Virus record (IMG/VR): IMGVR_UViG_3300041402_000811
DNA: 64,000 nt
Source: an uncultured virus (IMG/VR IMGVR_UViG_3300041402_000811)
Taxonomy: Duplodnaviria; Heunggongvirae; Uroviricota; Caudoviricetes
Reading direction: 5' to 3' (one strand)
A model generated the notes under the pieces. That model did no database searches. It was given only the letters and a program-made list of their open reading frames with translations, and had not been told where the DNA came from. This document shows positions 48,409 to 58,860 of this stretch, one piece after another. Each line of letters opens with the position of its first letter. Position 1 is the first letter of the stretch. A program made the position numbers and the translations under genes.

Positions 48409-51085
48409 AATTCTTAACTATAATGAATTTTGTGAACAATTACAGGATGTTCCGTCATTAAAAGTAATAGCAAAAAAAAAGTTTCATCCTGAAGGTCTAT
48501 TTTCTGAACAAATTTTTGGACCAGTAAAAAATTATACTTGTCAGTGTGGTATCTATTACGGACCATCCAATGTAAAAACAGGAAGTAAATGTGATCTATG
48601 TAAAGTAGATATTGTTAATAGTGATGTAAGACGAACAAGATTTGCGAAAATAGTTTTACCATTTCCAATAGTCAATCCTTTATTTTATGATTTATTAGTT
48701 GAAATAGGTGGAAAGAATTTAAAATCAGCATTAGATGAGTTGATGAAAAATGAAAAAAGTTTTATGTATAGTGATGGTGTTGAGCATGTGGTTACATCGG
48801 ATGAATCAAAAAGACCAAGAGAAGGAACTATCTATGAAAGAACAGATGCAATTTATAAATTAGTTAAAGATATTGCCACAGGATTAGCAAATGAAGGAAT
48901 TGAAGAGTGGAAAATTGTTCTTGACAATATTGATAATCTATTAACTGACAAAGTAATTGTATTACCTCCAGATCTAAGACCAGCATCAAGAGGTGGAGGA
49001 GGTAAGCATTTAATGGATAAAATCAATAGATATTATGTTCAAATTTTAACTAATAAAAGTCTGATGCAAGGAACAATTTTAAATATCCAAAGAGATAAGA
49101 ATCTATATTATACATACTTTAAATTGATACAAAAAAATGTAAACGAATTATATAACAGAATTCTCGAAAAGATGGCAAAAAAGGAAGGTTTAATTCGTGG
49201 AAATATTTTAGGAAAGAGAATAGATTTTTCAGGTCGAGCAGTAATTACACCTGATCCTTCTCTAACATTAACCGAATGTAAACTCCCTTACTTTATGGCA
49301 TTGGAGATATATAAACTTCCAATTGCCAAACGAATAATAGAGTTAGAAAAATTTAAAGTATTAAATGATGCTCTTGACTTTATTGATAATTGCATTGAAT
49401 TTAAAAAATTTGATCTCTTTGAAATATGTAAAGATACAGTTGAAGGACAAATATGTATATTAAATAGACAACCATCGCTACATAGACTTGGAATGCTAGG
49501 TTTTGAAGTTCTAATTACATCAGATCAAGTTATTAAAATTCATCCATTAGTATGTCCTCCGTTTAATGCAGATTTTGATGGAGATCAAATGGCAGTCTAT
49601 GTTCCTATTACAGAAGGAGCTAAAGATGAAATATCTGAAAAAATGCTTGCAATTAATAATTTAAGCAGTCCATCAAATGAAAATTTAACAACCACTCCTA
49701 GTCAAGATATTATTTTAGGAATTTATTTCTTGACTAAAGGTATCTTTGATGGACAATTAGATGATGAGACAGGTCTATCTATTTTTAATAGCACGCTTCC
49801 AGAGAATTATCCAATCATTGATGAAACTGTTAATGAGAAGAAATTATTAGATATTTTAAATGATATAAAAGATAATTATTCAAATGATGAAATTATTAGA
49901 GTTTTAGATACTATTAAAACAGTTGGATTTACATATGCAACATTGTTTGGTTGTACTATGTCATTAGAAAATTTTCAATCTAAAAAATTAACAGATTTAA
50001 GAGATAAAATATTTACAAAAAATACAATTAGAGATCAATTAATCGCATTATCAAATAAAGGAATTACAAAAGCATTAAGAGATAATTTTGAATATTCATA
50101 TATGATTGAATCTGGTGCCAGAGGTAGTTGGGATCAAGTTAAACAAATTATTATGACCCGAGGATTTGTATCGAATTTCGATGGAGAGATTCTTCCAACT
50201 CCTATTAAACATAACCTAGTTGAAGGTTTAACTGAAAAAGAATTTTTCTTTTCAACATATGGATGTCGAAAGGGACTCCTTGATATTGCATTAAATACAG
50301 GGACATCAGGATATCTTTCAAGAAAATTAATTTTCACTTGTGCTAATTTACAAATTGATACAAATTTAGATGACTGTGGAACAACTGATCTTCTTGAAGT
50401 TTATGTTAAAACCGAAAGAAAAGCAAGAATGTTAATCAATAAATATCAATCAACTGAAACAGGTTTGGAAGTAATTACTAAACAAAATTATAAAAATATA
50501 ATTGGAAAAACAATTTGGATACGAAGTCCAATATTATGTAAGTCGCCTAAACTATGTTGCAAATGCTATGGAGATTTATATAAAAAACTCAATAGTCGAT
50601 TTGTTGGAATCATAGCTGCACAGACTCTTGGTGAACGAGGGACTCAATTGGTTCTTAGAACTTTTCATACATCAGGATCAGCTGTTATAAAAGGTGAATC
50701 TCAAGAAGATGGTTCATTAAAGCAAAAAGATATTATTGGGGATTTAGCAACTGTATCACAAATTCTACATAAATTCAAAAATAAAATATATACTGATATA
50801 GTTCAAGAATTATTTGAAGTATATAATAAAGACATTTATCATGTCCATTATGAATGTGTTGTTGCTCAATTAATGTGGAAAGATTATAAGAAATGGAGAC
50901 TTATAAAAGATAGACATTTATATGCTTCAGATTATTATTCAATACAGTCAGTTCCAAATCAAGAAAGTTGGATATTAGCAATGGCATTCTCAAATCCTAA
51001 AAAGAGTATCTTACATGGAATTTTAAATGAGGGAAAATACTCAGGTATAATGGATAAAATTCTAAAAGGGGAAAAAATAGTATGA
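48401..51085 (+). CDS. rpoC: DNA-directed RNA polymerase beta'-like subunit (set 2)
   Basis: GLFSEQIFGP..YTCQCG..CDLC zinc site, LPPDLRP, GKRIDFSGRAVI, NRQPSLH, NADFDGDQM, GERGTQL..RTFH. Confidence 0.95.
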   Translation: MPRILNYNEFCEQLQDVPSLKVIAKKKFHPEGLFSEQIFGPVKNYTCQCGIYYGPSNVKTGSKCDLCKVDIVNSDVRRTRFAKIVLPFPIVNPLFYDLLVEIGGKNLKSALDELMKNEKSFMYSDGVEHVVTSDESKRPREGTIYERTDAIYKLVKDIATGLANEGIEEWKIVLDNIDNLLTDKVIVLPPDLRPASRGGGGKHLMDKINRYYVQILTNKSLMQGTILNIQRDKNLYYTYFKLIQKNVNELYNRILEKMAKKEGLIRGNILGKRIDFSGRAVITPDPSLTLTECKLPYFMALEIYKLPIAKRIIELEKFKVLNDALDFIDNCIEFKKFDLFEICKDTVEGQICILNRQPSLHRLGMLGFEVLITSDQVIKIHPLVCPPFNADFDGDQMAVYVPITEGAKDEISEKMLAINNLSSPSNENLTTTPSQDIILGIYFLTKGIFDGQLDDETGLSIFNSTLPENYPIIDETVNEKKLLDILNDIKDNYSNDEIIRVLDTIKTVGFTYATLFGCTMSLENFQSKKLTDLRDKIFTKNTIRDQLIALSNKGITKALRDNFEYSYMIESGARGSWDQVKQIIMTRGFVSNFDGEILPTPIKHNLVEGLTEKEFFFSTYGCRKGLLDIALNTGTSGYLSRKLIFTCANLQIDTNLDDCGTTDLLEVYVKTERKARMLINKYQSTETGLEVITKQNYKNIIGKTIWIRSPILCKSPKLCCKCYGDLYKKLNSRFVGIIAAQTLGERGTQLVLRTFHTSGSAVIKGESQEDGSLKQKDIIGDLATVSQILHKFKNKIYTDIVQELFEVYNKDIYHVHYECVVAQLMWKDYKKWRLIKDRHLYASDYYSIQSVPNQESWILAMAFSNPKKSILHGILNEGKYSGIMDKILKGEKIV

Positions 51086-51303
51086 AAGAACTAGAGCAAG
51101 AATTGCTTGACCGTTATGCAGACTACAGAGATCCAGATTCTAACTGGATAAAAACAAATCTACCAGATGAGTTAAATGATACTGGAGCAAAAGATTTTAT
51201 AATAAAACCTCATGATGCAAAATCAGTTAGTCAGGTTAATTCATTTACAATATATTATGAGGTTAAAGGAAAAAGAATTGTTAAATTTGTAAGGAGAATA
51301 TAA
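51082..51303 (+). CDS. small hypothetical protein, paralog A
   Basis: MKEL..EL...NWIK...IKPHDAKS. Confidence 0.55.
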   Translation: MKELEQELLDRYADYRDPDSNWIKTNLPDELNDTGAKDFIIKPHDAKSVSQVNSFTIYYEVKGKRIVKFVRRI

Positions 51304-51530
51304 TGAAAGAATTAAATAATCAAGAATTAAGAGATGAAATAATTGAACTTTTCCTTAGTGATTCAATAGATAATTGGACCAAAAGTCCATCAGTTTATGA
51401 TCTATCTAATTGTGGTCAATTAGATATTGAAATAGAACCAGACGATGCAAAAAGTATTGATGAAATAAAACAGTTTAAAATAATAGAAACTGTAATGGGA
51501 TCAGAAACACTAGAATTTACAAGGAAATAA
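51303..51530 (+). CDS. small hypothetical protein, paralog B
   Basis: MKEL...EL...NWTK...IEPDDAKS. Confidence 0.55.
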   Translation: MKELNNQELRDEIIELFLSDSIDNWTKSPSVYDLSNCGQLDIEIEPDDAKSIDEIKQFKIIETVMGSETLEFTRK

Positions 51531-51532
51531 TA

Positions 51533-51712
51533 ATGAGAGATCCGAATAGAATACATGAGATGTTAAGAGTAATATCGAAGGTCTGGTATAAACATCCAGA
51601 CCTTCGATTAGGTCAATTAATATTAAATGCAGTTACAATTAATCCAAATCTGTATTATATGGAAGATGAACAGCTATTAGAATATTTAAAAAAGACTTAT
51701 AAGGAGGAGTAG
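51533..51712 (+). CDS. small phage protein (MRDPNRI...W..HPDLRLGQLI), 59 aa
   Basis: open frame not in the ORF track; motif resembles a common small phage protein family. Confidence 0.65.
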   Translation: MRDPNRIHEMLRVISKVWYKHPDLRLGQLILNAVTINPNLYYMEDEQLLEYLKKTYKEE

Positions 51713-51715
51713 AAT

Positions 51716-54700
51716 TTGAAACTAAAAAATCCAGTTTTTAAAATTCAAAGTGAAGATAATAATATCTTCACAATTCGTAAAAAGGACCAAGAGCTTATAC
51801 TACCAGTGACAAAAGTTATACTCCAACCTGCAATTGATTTAGGATTTACACTAAATGAACTTACATTAAAAGAGTCTAGATTTTCATCAGGAGAGTTATC
51901 AAAAACAGTCAAACAAAATCTCACAATCAAGTTACAAAAAGGAACTTCTAATATTGATTTAAGTTTACACATTCCTAAATTGATAGATGATAATTATATT
52001 ATAATTAATGGTCGTAGAAAAATTCCTCTATTTCAGTTATTTGATATTCCAATTGTTACGAGAGGAGAAAATATAAAACTACGAACCAATGTGGCAACAT
52101 TAACAATTTTAAAAGATAGAGAACAACCATTTGTTAAAGTTAGTTTTTTAGGAAAAAAAGTTCCTCTATCAATATTAATGTTTGCGTATTATGGAATTGA
52201 AGGAATGATAAACAATAAGGAATTAGATCTTCCAAATGTTAAAATTCAAGATTTAGATGATAATATTTTAATGGATCTATTAATAAAGGAGTGTAAACTT
52301 ATCTATGATGAATTACAAAGCAACACCACACAAGATGATTTTATTTTAGAAATAGGAAGAGCATATTCAAAATATAATTCTAAATCTAAAGGTCATGATA
52401 TTATTTATGCTCTCGATCTAATTCCACAGGTTGATATATTTACAAAAACTTTTTTGACAACAGGATCATTATTAGGCGAATTAATTTATACAATTAAGAC
52501 AGGCGATGTGAGCGATATATTATTTACAAATAAAAGAGTTAGATGTTTTGAGTATATGATTTTTTCAAGGATATCAAAAATTATATTTGATTTATGCTTT
52601 TCAAATAGAACAGCTAAACAACCAAAATTCAACACAAATACAACTCAAATATTAAGTGAATGTAACGTTTCAGATATTGTTCAATTTGATTTTTCAATAA
52701 ATCCTATTGAGGAATTAACAAAATTATCAAGGATAAGTCTTCTCGGTCCAGGAGGATTTAAAAGAGAAAATATTCCAAAACATTTAAGAGATATATGCCC
52801 CACAATGTTTGGTCGTATTTGTCCCGTAGACACCCCAGACCGCGATAATTGCGGAGTTCTACAGAACTTAATACCTAATGTCAAGTTAGACCAACATCTC
52901 CGATTTACGAATGAAATATGCGAGAAACAACCCATATCAATACCTGTATCTCTCACTCCATTTTGTGAGCATGACGATCAAACAAGATTGCAAATGGCAT
53001 CATCACAAATGAGACAATCTATTATGTTAAAAGAATTTGATCAACCAATGATTAAATCAGGTTGTGAAGGATTATATACAGATTATACACAGTTCATTAA
53101 ACGTGCTAAAAAGAATGGGGAAGTCACTCATCTAGATGAGAAGTATTTGATGGTTGTATATGATGATAAAACAATTGATATCTTTGATGTTGAATATAGA
53201 AATATCTATGTTGAACATATGGATATTATGAAACTCTATGTTAACGTAGGTGATAAATTTAAAGCTGGGGATATATTAGCAGAAAGTAATTTTGTTCAAG
53301 ATGGCGAAATTAATTTTGGTAGAAATCTATTAACAGGAGTGATGATTTATTATGGATGGAACTATGAAGATGGAATTATCATATCTGATAAATTAATACA
53401 AAATGATGCTTTTACATCAGTCCATTTTAAAGATTTATCATTTGTAATCCCTCCAAGTAAAGTTTTGCTATCTCTATCAGAAAATGAATACAGACCATTA
53501 CCAAAAGCTCTTGAAAAAATTGGTCAAGGAGATACTTATGCAATTTTAAAAACTCTTTCACTTGATGATTTTTATTCTGTTTTTACAGAAAGCTCTAAAT
53601 TAGTAGCAGAAAAATCATATATAATACCCAAGATAAAAATATTTGCAAATGAATGGAATACAGATATTCCTGAATATAAAGAGTGGGTAGAAAAGACTAT
53701 TGAAACACAACAGAAAAAAGAGTCAATCTTTAGAACAATAATTAAAGAAAAGTTACCAAGAGAACAAGCAATAAAATTTATAAGAGAAAGAGATTTAGAA
53801 CTTTTCTCATTCGTTGGTAAATATAAAATTAAGAAAGAAAAAATAAATGGAATATATGTAGAGATATCTGGAATTCATTTTAGATCAATCAAGGTTGGAG
53901 ATAAGATCGCAAATAGACATGGGAATAAAGGAGTTATATCTAAAATATTACCTCAAGAGATGATGCCACAATTAGAGGATGGTAGACATTTAGATGTTTG
54001 TATTAATCCATTAGGTATTATATCTAGAATGAATATTGGTCAACTATTTGAACTACATCTAACAATGTCATTATATGATCTACAACAAAATGCATTACAA
54101 ATGTTAAAGAAAGAAAAACCACAAGATCAGATCAAAAATTATTTAACTGGATATATTCAAATTGTTGATAAAACAAAAGATAGTTGGTATACAAAACAAT
54201 TTGTAGAACAGCTTCCAGATATTATAGATATTCCCTTTATTAAGGCATTTTCATTAATACAACCTCCATTTGAATCTTGTCATTCAGAGGATTTAGAAAA
54301 AGCATTAAAATATACAAATACAGGATTTACATATAAACTATATGATCCAATTGTAAGAAAGAATTTTTTAAATCAAATTTCAGTTGGATATATATATTTT
54401 TTAAGAATGGTTCATATAGCAGAAGAAAAGTTGGCAGCAAGAGGAATTGGTTCGTATGCAAAACGAACATTACAACCACTGGGTGGGAGAAAAAATAAAG
54501 GTGGTCAGAGATGTGGTGAAATGGAAACTGCTTGTATTATCGGACATGATGCTCCAAAGAATTTATTTGAATTCTTAACAACAAAATCAGACTGTATAGA
54601 TTTAAAAAATGATTACATTAGAAATTATATTAATACTGGACGAGTAGTAAAAACTGAAGATTTAGATCCAATGCCAGAATCAGTTAAATTATTAAATTCA

Positions 54701-54745
54701 TATTTAACAGTATTAGGGGTAGATTATCATGGCAGTTCAAAATGA
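51716..54745 (+). CDS. rpoB: DNA-directed RNA polymerase beta-like subunit (set 2)
   Basis: IINGR, LGPGG, CPVDTPD, HDD..R..M...QMRQ, GWNYEDG, GDKIANRHGNKG, GGQRCGEME. Confidence 0.95.
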   Translation: MKLKNPVFKIQSEDNNIFTIRKKDQELILPVTKVILQPAIDLGFTLNELTLKESRFSSGELSKTVKQNLTIKLQKGTSNIDLSLHIPKLIDDNYIIINGRRKIPLFQLFDIPIVTRGENIKLRTNVATLTILKDREQPFVKVSFLGKKVPLSILMFAYYGIEGMINNKELDLPNVKIQDLDDNILMDLLIKECKLIYDELQSNTTQDDFILEIGRAYSKYNSKSKGHDIIYALDLIPQVDIFTKTFLTTGSLLGELIYTIKTGDVSDILFTNKRVRCFEYMIFSRISKIIFDLCFSNRTAKQPKFNTNTTQILSECNVSDIVQFDFSINPIEELTKLSRISLLGPGGFKRENIPKHLRDICPTMFGRICPVDTPDRDNCGVLQNLIPNVKLDQHLRFTNEICEKQPISIPVSLTPFCEHDDQTRLQMASSQMRQSIMLKEFDQPMIKSGCEGLYTDYTQFIKRAKKNGEVTHLDEKYLMVVYDDKTIDIFDVEYRNIYVEHMDIMKLYVNVGDKFKAGDILAESNFVQDGEINFGRNLLTGVMIYYGWNYEDGIIISDKLIQNDAFTSVHFKDLSFVIPPSKVLLSLSENEYRPLPKALEKIGQGDTYAILKTLSLDDFYSVFTESSKLVAEKSYIIPKIKIFANEWNTDIPEYKEWVEKTIETQQKKESIFRTIIKEKLPREQAIKFIRERDLELFSFVGKYKIKKEKINGIYVEISGIHFRSIKVGDKIANRHGNKGVISKILPQEMMPQLEDGRHLDVCINPLGIISRMNIGQLFELHLTMSLYDLQQNALQMLKKEKPQDQIKNYLTGYIQIVDKTKDSWYTKQFVEQLPDIIDIPFIKAFSLIQPPFESCHSEDLEKALKYTNTGFTYKLYDPIVRKNFLNQISVGYIYFLRMVHIAEEKLAARGIGSYAKRTLQPLGGRKNKGGQRCGEMETACIIGHDAPKNLFEFLTTKSDCIDLKNDYIRNYINTGRVVKTEDLDPMPESVKLLNSYLTVLGVDYHGSSK

Positions 54746-55106
54746 TCATACTTATCTTGAAGGAACTCGTTGGGAAGAGGTTTCTATAAGTTTTGCGGAT
54801 ACATCTTCAGCAACATCGACAGCAACATTTCCAAGTTTTGGTTATGGAAATGATTATACAAATTTTTATAATAAGGTAGAAATAAATAGCAAATCAATTT
54901 GTGAACAGATAGATCAAGATATATTAGATAGTATATATAGACAAGCTGGAGTTGAGGAATGTCTTAAAGTTGGTACATTTAATCCTGAAAAATTATGGAG
55001 TGATTCAAAATGCTTGAAACAAAATATTGTCCAATCTGTAAGGGAGAAATTATACTTAGATATCATATTCCTGATAAAAACTTTAAAATCTCAAAAGGAA
55101 AAATGA
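54729..55106 (+). CDS. hypothetical protein
   Basis: 125-aa ORF overlapping the rpoB end. Confidence 0.4.
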   Translation: MAVQNDHTYLEGTRWEEVSISFADTSSATSTATFPSFGYGNDYTNFYNKVEINSKSICEQIDQDILDSIYRQAGVEECLKVGTFNPEKLWSDSKCLKQNIVQSVREKLYLDIIFLIKTLKSQKEK

Positions 55107-55264
55107 TTAGAGATGATGCTTGGAAAGGATCAGGTTTTGATGATTCAGAATTATTATTTGAATGTTCAAATGATAGAGAACATGAATTACATCGTTCTAA
55201 AAATGATGAATGGGAAAATACTATTAGAGAAGAGTTTTATAGAGGAGCATATTATGCCGACTAA
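55010..55264 (+). CDS. small Zn-ribbon-like protein
   Basis: CPICKG ... ECSN..EH; GGAG upstream. Confidence 0.5.
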   Translation: MLETKYCPICKGEIILRYHIPDKNFKISKGKMIRDDAWKGSGFDDSELLFECSNDREHELHRSKNDEWENTIREEFYRGAYYAD

Positions 55265-56138
55265 AGAATGTTTACCAGATATGCAATGTGAAGCACCCAA
55301 CATATCAACTCCTATTAAACAAGTTGGTGTTGAAAATGTTGAAGTCCCTTTTCTGTTAGAATCTAAATATGGTGGTTATCATAAGTTACCAGCAAATGTT
55401 ACTATGATGACTAATCTGGATGAGTCAACAAAAGGTATTTCAATGTCTAGATTATTATTAACATTAAAACCATATTTAGAACTCCCATTAAAAAGTTTAT
55501 TAATTAAAGAAATTATTAAAAAAATGTTAGAGAATATTGGTGGTTCATCTGCATTTATGAGATTTGAATTTAAGTTGCCAAGAAAAAGAAAATCAATTAA
55601 AACTGATAATGAATTTCCAATTTATTATAAATGTAAATTTGAAGGACAAATTTTTAAAAAGGATTTTAATTTAACAGCAGATACAAAAGCTCCTGCTGAA
55701 ATATTTAGATTCTTTCAAGGAGTCAGGATTCAATATGCTTCTTATTGTCCTTGTTCAGCAGAATTGTGTAGTGTTTTAGATGTAGCTGGATTTCCTCATA
55801 ATCAAAGATCATATGCACATATTTTAACAGAGATAGATATTAAGTCTCATTATGTTTGGTTAGAAGATATAATTGATGCAGTTGAATCAAATATTTACAC
55901 TTTACCATATCCCATAATTAAAAGGGTTGATGAACAAGAAATAGCAAAAATTGCAGCTCAAAATCCAATGTTTGTAGAAGATGCTATTAGAATTATATCA
56001 AAGACAGTTGATAAATTACCAGGTATAAAGGATTGGATTATCAAATGTATTCATGAAGAATCCATTCACACTTCCGAAGCAATAGCAGTTAATTGGAAAG
56101 GTATTGCTCAAGGATTCGATGGAAGGCGGTATATATGA
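55254..56138 (+). CDS. folE2: GTP cyclohydrolase IB (FolE2)
   Basis: LPDMQ, VGV, KGISMSR, CPCS, HNQRS, KRVDE, FVEDA.R, ESIH; start placed at ATG 55254 after GAGGAG. Confidence 0.9.
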   Translation: MPTKECLPDMQCEAPNISTPIKQVGVENVEVPFLLESKYGGYHKLPANVTMMTNLDESTKGISMSRLLLTLKPYLELPLKSLLIKEIIKKMLENIGGSSAFMRFEFKLPRKRKSIKTDNEFPIYYKCKFEGQIFKKDFNLTADTKAPAEIFRFFQGVRIQYASYCPCSAELCSVLDVAGFPHNQRSYAHILTEIDIKSHYVWLEDIIDAVESNIYTLPYPIIKRVDEQEIAKIAAQNPMFVEDAIRIISKTVDKLPGIKDWIIKCIHEESIHTSEAIAVNWKGIAQGFDGRRYI

Positions 56139-56842
56139 TTCAGGTTTCAATTTCATATGGTTTTGGAAACGAAAATAGATATAATCTTTCAAGGGTTCCA
56201 AAGAATATTCAATTAGCATTATATAAATATGAGTTATATTCAGAGTCTAAATTAAAGGAACTACAGAAGAATAATATAAATATAAATGTTATCCATCTCC
56301 CTCTGGATACGCTCAAACGAGATGCACGTGATATGGTACAATTTATGAATTACTTATATGATATTACAGGTATAAAAAAATTCGTAATTCATCCAAATAA
56401 ATTGATTAAGTCTTTCGTTCAGTACTGGATGGATAAAGAAGGAGAATATCCAAGGTTTCAATTATGTATTGAGAATTTTCAGTGGAAAACAAGGAAAGAG
56501 TTAAGAACCCCATTAAGAATATTAGAGTATTGTGTTAAATATCCCAACCATATTAAGATGTGTTTCGATACATCTCATGCAGAAGAACTTTGGTTCGATC
56601 ATAGAATATTACATACTTTACTTCCTCATATTTCGGTAATTCATTTATCAAATAGAGCTAGAAGTAAAAGTCATATGCCATTTAACTCAGGAAAGGGCGA
56701 GCTAAATCTAATGGCATTTGTTAATCGTTTAAAGTTTATAAAATGGAATGGGGATATTGTATTAGAATATATGCCAGATTACAGAGACAAGTTAATTAAA
56801 AACTATTATTTACTAAAGGAGATAATGGATGGAAAGAAGTGA
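56135..56842 (+). CDS. xylose isomerase/AP endonuclease 2-like TIM-barrel protein
   Basis: IHLP, VIHP, IEN, FDTSH, IHLS, HMP, VLEY. Confidence 0.7.
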   Translation: MIQVSISYGFGNENRYNLSRVPKNIQLALYKYELYSESKLKELQKNNININVIHLPLDTLKRDARDMVQFMNYLYDITGIKKFVIHPNKLIKSFVQYWMDKEGEYPRFQLCIENFQWKTRKELRTPLRILEYCVKYPNHIKMCFDTSHAEELWFDHRILHTLLPHISVIHLSNRARSKSHMPFNSGKGELNLMAFVNRLKFIKWNGDIVLEYMPDYRDKLIKNYYLLKEIMDGKK

Positions 56843-57197
56843 AAAGATCAAACAAATTAGTCAACTCTATGCTAAAGAAAGAAACTATCAACTCTGTGCA
56901 TTTGGAGAATATGAGAACATCCAATCTTTAAATTTAGCGAGTTTCTTATTATTAATAGAAAAATATTTAGAGAAAGCGAAAAAAAGTTATGTAGGACCAT
57001 GGACAAAAGAATTACCAAACTGGTTAAATGACTGTCAAGAATCTTTTACTGAGGGTTCAGCACCAGTAGAAACTTATGAAGAACTTATTAAAGTATTTGC
57101 ATTGGCAGGCGCAGCATTGGAAACATATGCTGATTTTAATCTAAGTGAATGGCGTCAAAACATAACCGAAGATTTAAAAAAATGGGAAAAGGAGTAA
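56829..57197 (+). CDS. hypothetical protein, possibly MazG-like NTP pyrophosphatase fold
   Basis: KER..Q and EELIKVFALAGAALE helix. Confidence 0.4.
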   Translation: MERSEKIKQISQLYAKERNYQLCAFGEYENIQSLNLASFLLLIEKYLEKAKKSYVGPWTKELPNWLNDCQESFTEGSAPVETYEELIKVFALAGAALETYADFNLSEWRQNITEDLKKWEKE

Positions 57198-57205
57198 AGT
57201 AAACA

Positions 57206-58051
57206 ATGAACGAAAATTTAAGCACATTGATCCAAGAAACACCATCTGAAGAAGCTATGAGATTTGATCCAAATAATCTTGAACTTTCAGGAGAAGAACC
57301 TGCTACAGATGAAACTATTACAGCGGAATCTCTTCCAGTAGATCCACCTGAAGAAAATACTGTAGAAGAAGTAGCTGACACAACTGAAGTAGCACCTGGG
57401 AATGCTGAAGAAGCAACAGTAGAAACACCAACTAATGAAATTCCTATTATACCTTTTGGTGAATGGTTTGCAACATATAGCACCAACTTTGCCAGCATCC
57501 ATCAAAGTAGAATTTCAATTCCAGGTGTTGATCCAAATGAATATCTGATGGTTTCCATTGATGATCCTGATGGAATAGAAAGTCAACCTGGTGTTAGAAA
57601 AAGATCATTGAGATTATTTGATGATGCTTTAACTCAACCAGTTCTCAATCTGGCACCATCAGATCTACAAATCTATAAAAGTGGTTTCAAAACCGTATAT
57701 CCTCTGAACGATGAAACATATATTAAAATGTATGGGGTTAAAACAGGACTGATCGCAATGTTCTGTCACTCATTAGATAATAGTCTTATCCCATTTTCAA
57801 AAATTGTTGCGAAGAGAAAAGATCTATTTATCAATATTCAAACAAATAATATTGAAAGTTATAGAGAACAATTATTACAACCTATTGATATGGAAGCTCT
57901 TCATCTTCTGTATAGACAAAGTATAAAAGCTGGTGTCTTTGCTACAAAAGGAGCAGCAATCCATTGGTTGTTAACTCGACAGGATGCTATTACGGATATC
58001 AATCATCATCTTCTGATTGATAAAGTGGTAATGTCTTTATTGTCTAGTTAA
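57206..58051 (+). CDS. hypothetical protein with acidic disordered N-terminus
   Basis: 281-aa ORF with AGGAG RBS. Confidence 0.6.
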   Translation: MNENLSTLIQETPSEEAMRFDPNNLELSGEEPATDETITAESLPVDPPEENTVEEVADTTEVAPGNAEEATVETPTNEIPIIPFGEWFATYSTNFASIHQSRISIPGVDPNEYLMVSIDDPDGIESQPGVRKRSLRLFDDALTQPVLNLAPSDLQIYKSGFKTVYPLNDETYIKMYGVKTGLIAMFCHSLDNSLIPFSKIVAKRKDLFINIQTNNIESYREQLLQPIDMEALHLLYRQSIKAGVFATKGAAIHWLLTRQDAITDINHHLLIDKVVMSLLSS

Positions 58052-58052
58052 C

Positions 58053-58117
58053 TCCTTGACTCGGGTAGAAGTTTAATTCTCCCCCCTTGATGCGGACTTC
58101 TATCCGAGTTCAAAGGA
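58053..58117 (+). promoter_or_regulatory. long intergenic hairpin overlapping the next RBS
   Basis: actcgggtagaagttt / ggacttctatccgagt. Confidence 0.5.
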
Positions 58118-58123
58118 AGGAAT

Positions 58124-58852
58124 ATGAAAATAAATCCAAATTTAGAATTTATTATAAAAGAAGTTTATATCTATGATATTGAGTCGTGTCATTATACTCT
58201 TATGAAAATGAATGGATATAGATTAGATAATATAGATCCACATGATAAATTATCTAGAAATATTGCAATCGGAAAAATGATGCAAAAGAATCCAAGACTC
58301 ACAGAATTTTTAAGAAGTACAACAATATCATTAATAGATGAATACATAACAGCAAATGAAATTGAGAAAGATGATATTGTTATTAGACAATATGATGGAT
58401 TATTACTTACTAAATTTCTACATAAAAATAATATACAAGAAATCCCTTTAAATTTAAGAAGAACATTTGATGTATTTATTTCATCAATAAAAAAAGATAT
58501 GTATATCGCTATTGATACTATGCAACAACCTTCAATTAAAGGGATTCCATTTAGATATTCACATATGGATCAAATTTATAAAAAAATATGTCAATTAAAT
58601 TTTTTTAATAAACCTGAATTGTTTAAAGGTTTAGAAAGAATAAAAAATTTAGTTCTTAATTCTAATGATGTAAATTTATTTGCTATTCCTACAAAAGATG
58701 GAAAATTAAGTATTTTTTTAAAGGGTTATGGTGAAATGGAAATAACATCAAGCACACTAAAATTGGTTGATACTAATGAGATTGATAAACGAAGATATTT
58801 TGATATTTATCTTTCGCCATTTACAAAAAGTATCGTTTCACAATATGCTTAG
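58124..58852 (+). CDS. possible stand-alone DNA polymerase palm-like protein
   Basis: YDIESCHY (motif A-like), RQYDG (motif C-like), IKG, and YF..Y near the C-terminus. Confidence 0.4.
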   Translation: MKINPNLEFIIKEVYIYDIESCHYTLMKMNGYRLDNIDPHDKLSRNIAIGKMMQKNPRLTEFLRSTTISLIDEYITANEIEKDDIVIRQYDGLLLTKFLHKNNIQEIPLNLRRTFDVFISSIKKDMYIAIDTMQQPSIKGIPFRYSHMDQIYKKICQLNFFNKPELFKGLERIKNLVLNSNDVNLFAIPTKDGKLSIFLKGYGEMEITSSTLKLVDTNEIDKRRYFDIYLSPFTKSIVSQYA

Positions 58853-58860
58853 GAGGTCAT

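Noticed and set aside
55113..55253. N-terminal 47 aa of the FolE2 ORF as given in the track (likewise the extensions at 56093 and 60750)
   Set aside because: They overlap upstream genes or promoter motifs; downstream ATGs with RBS or stop-start coupling fit better
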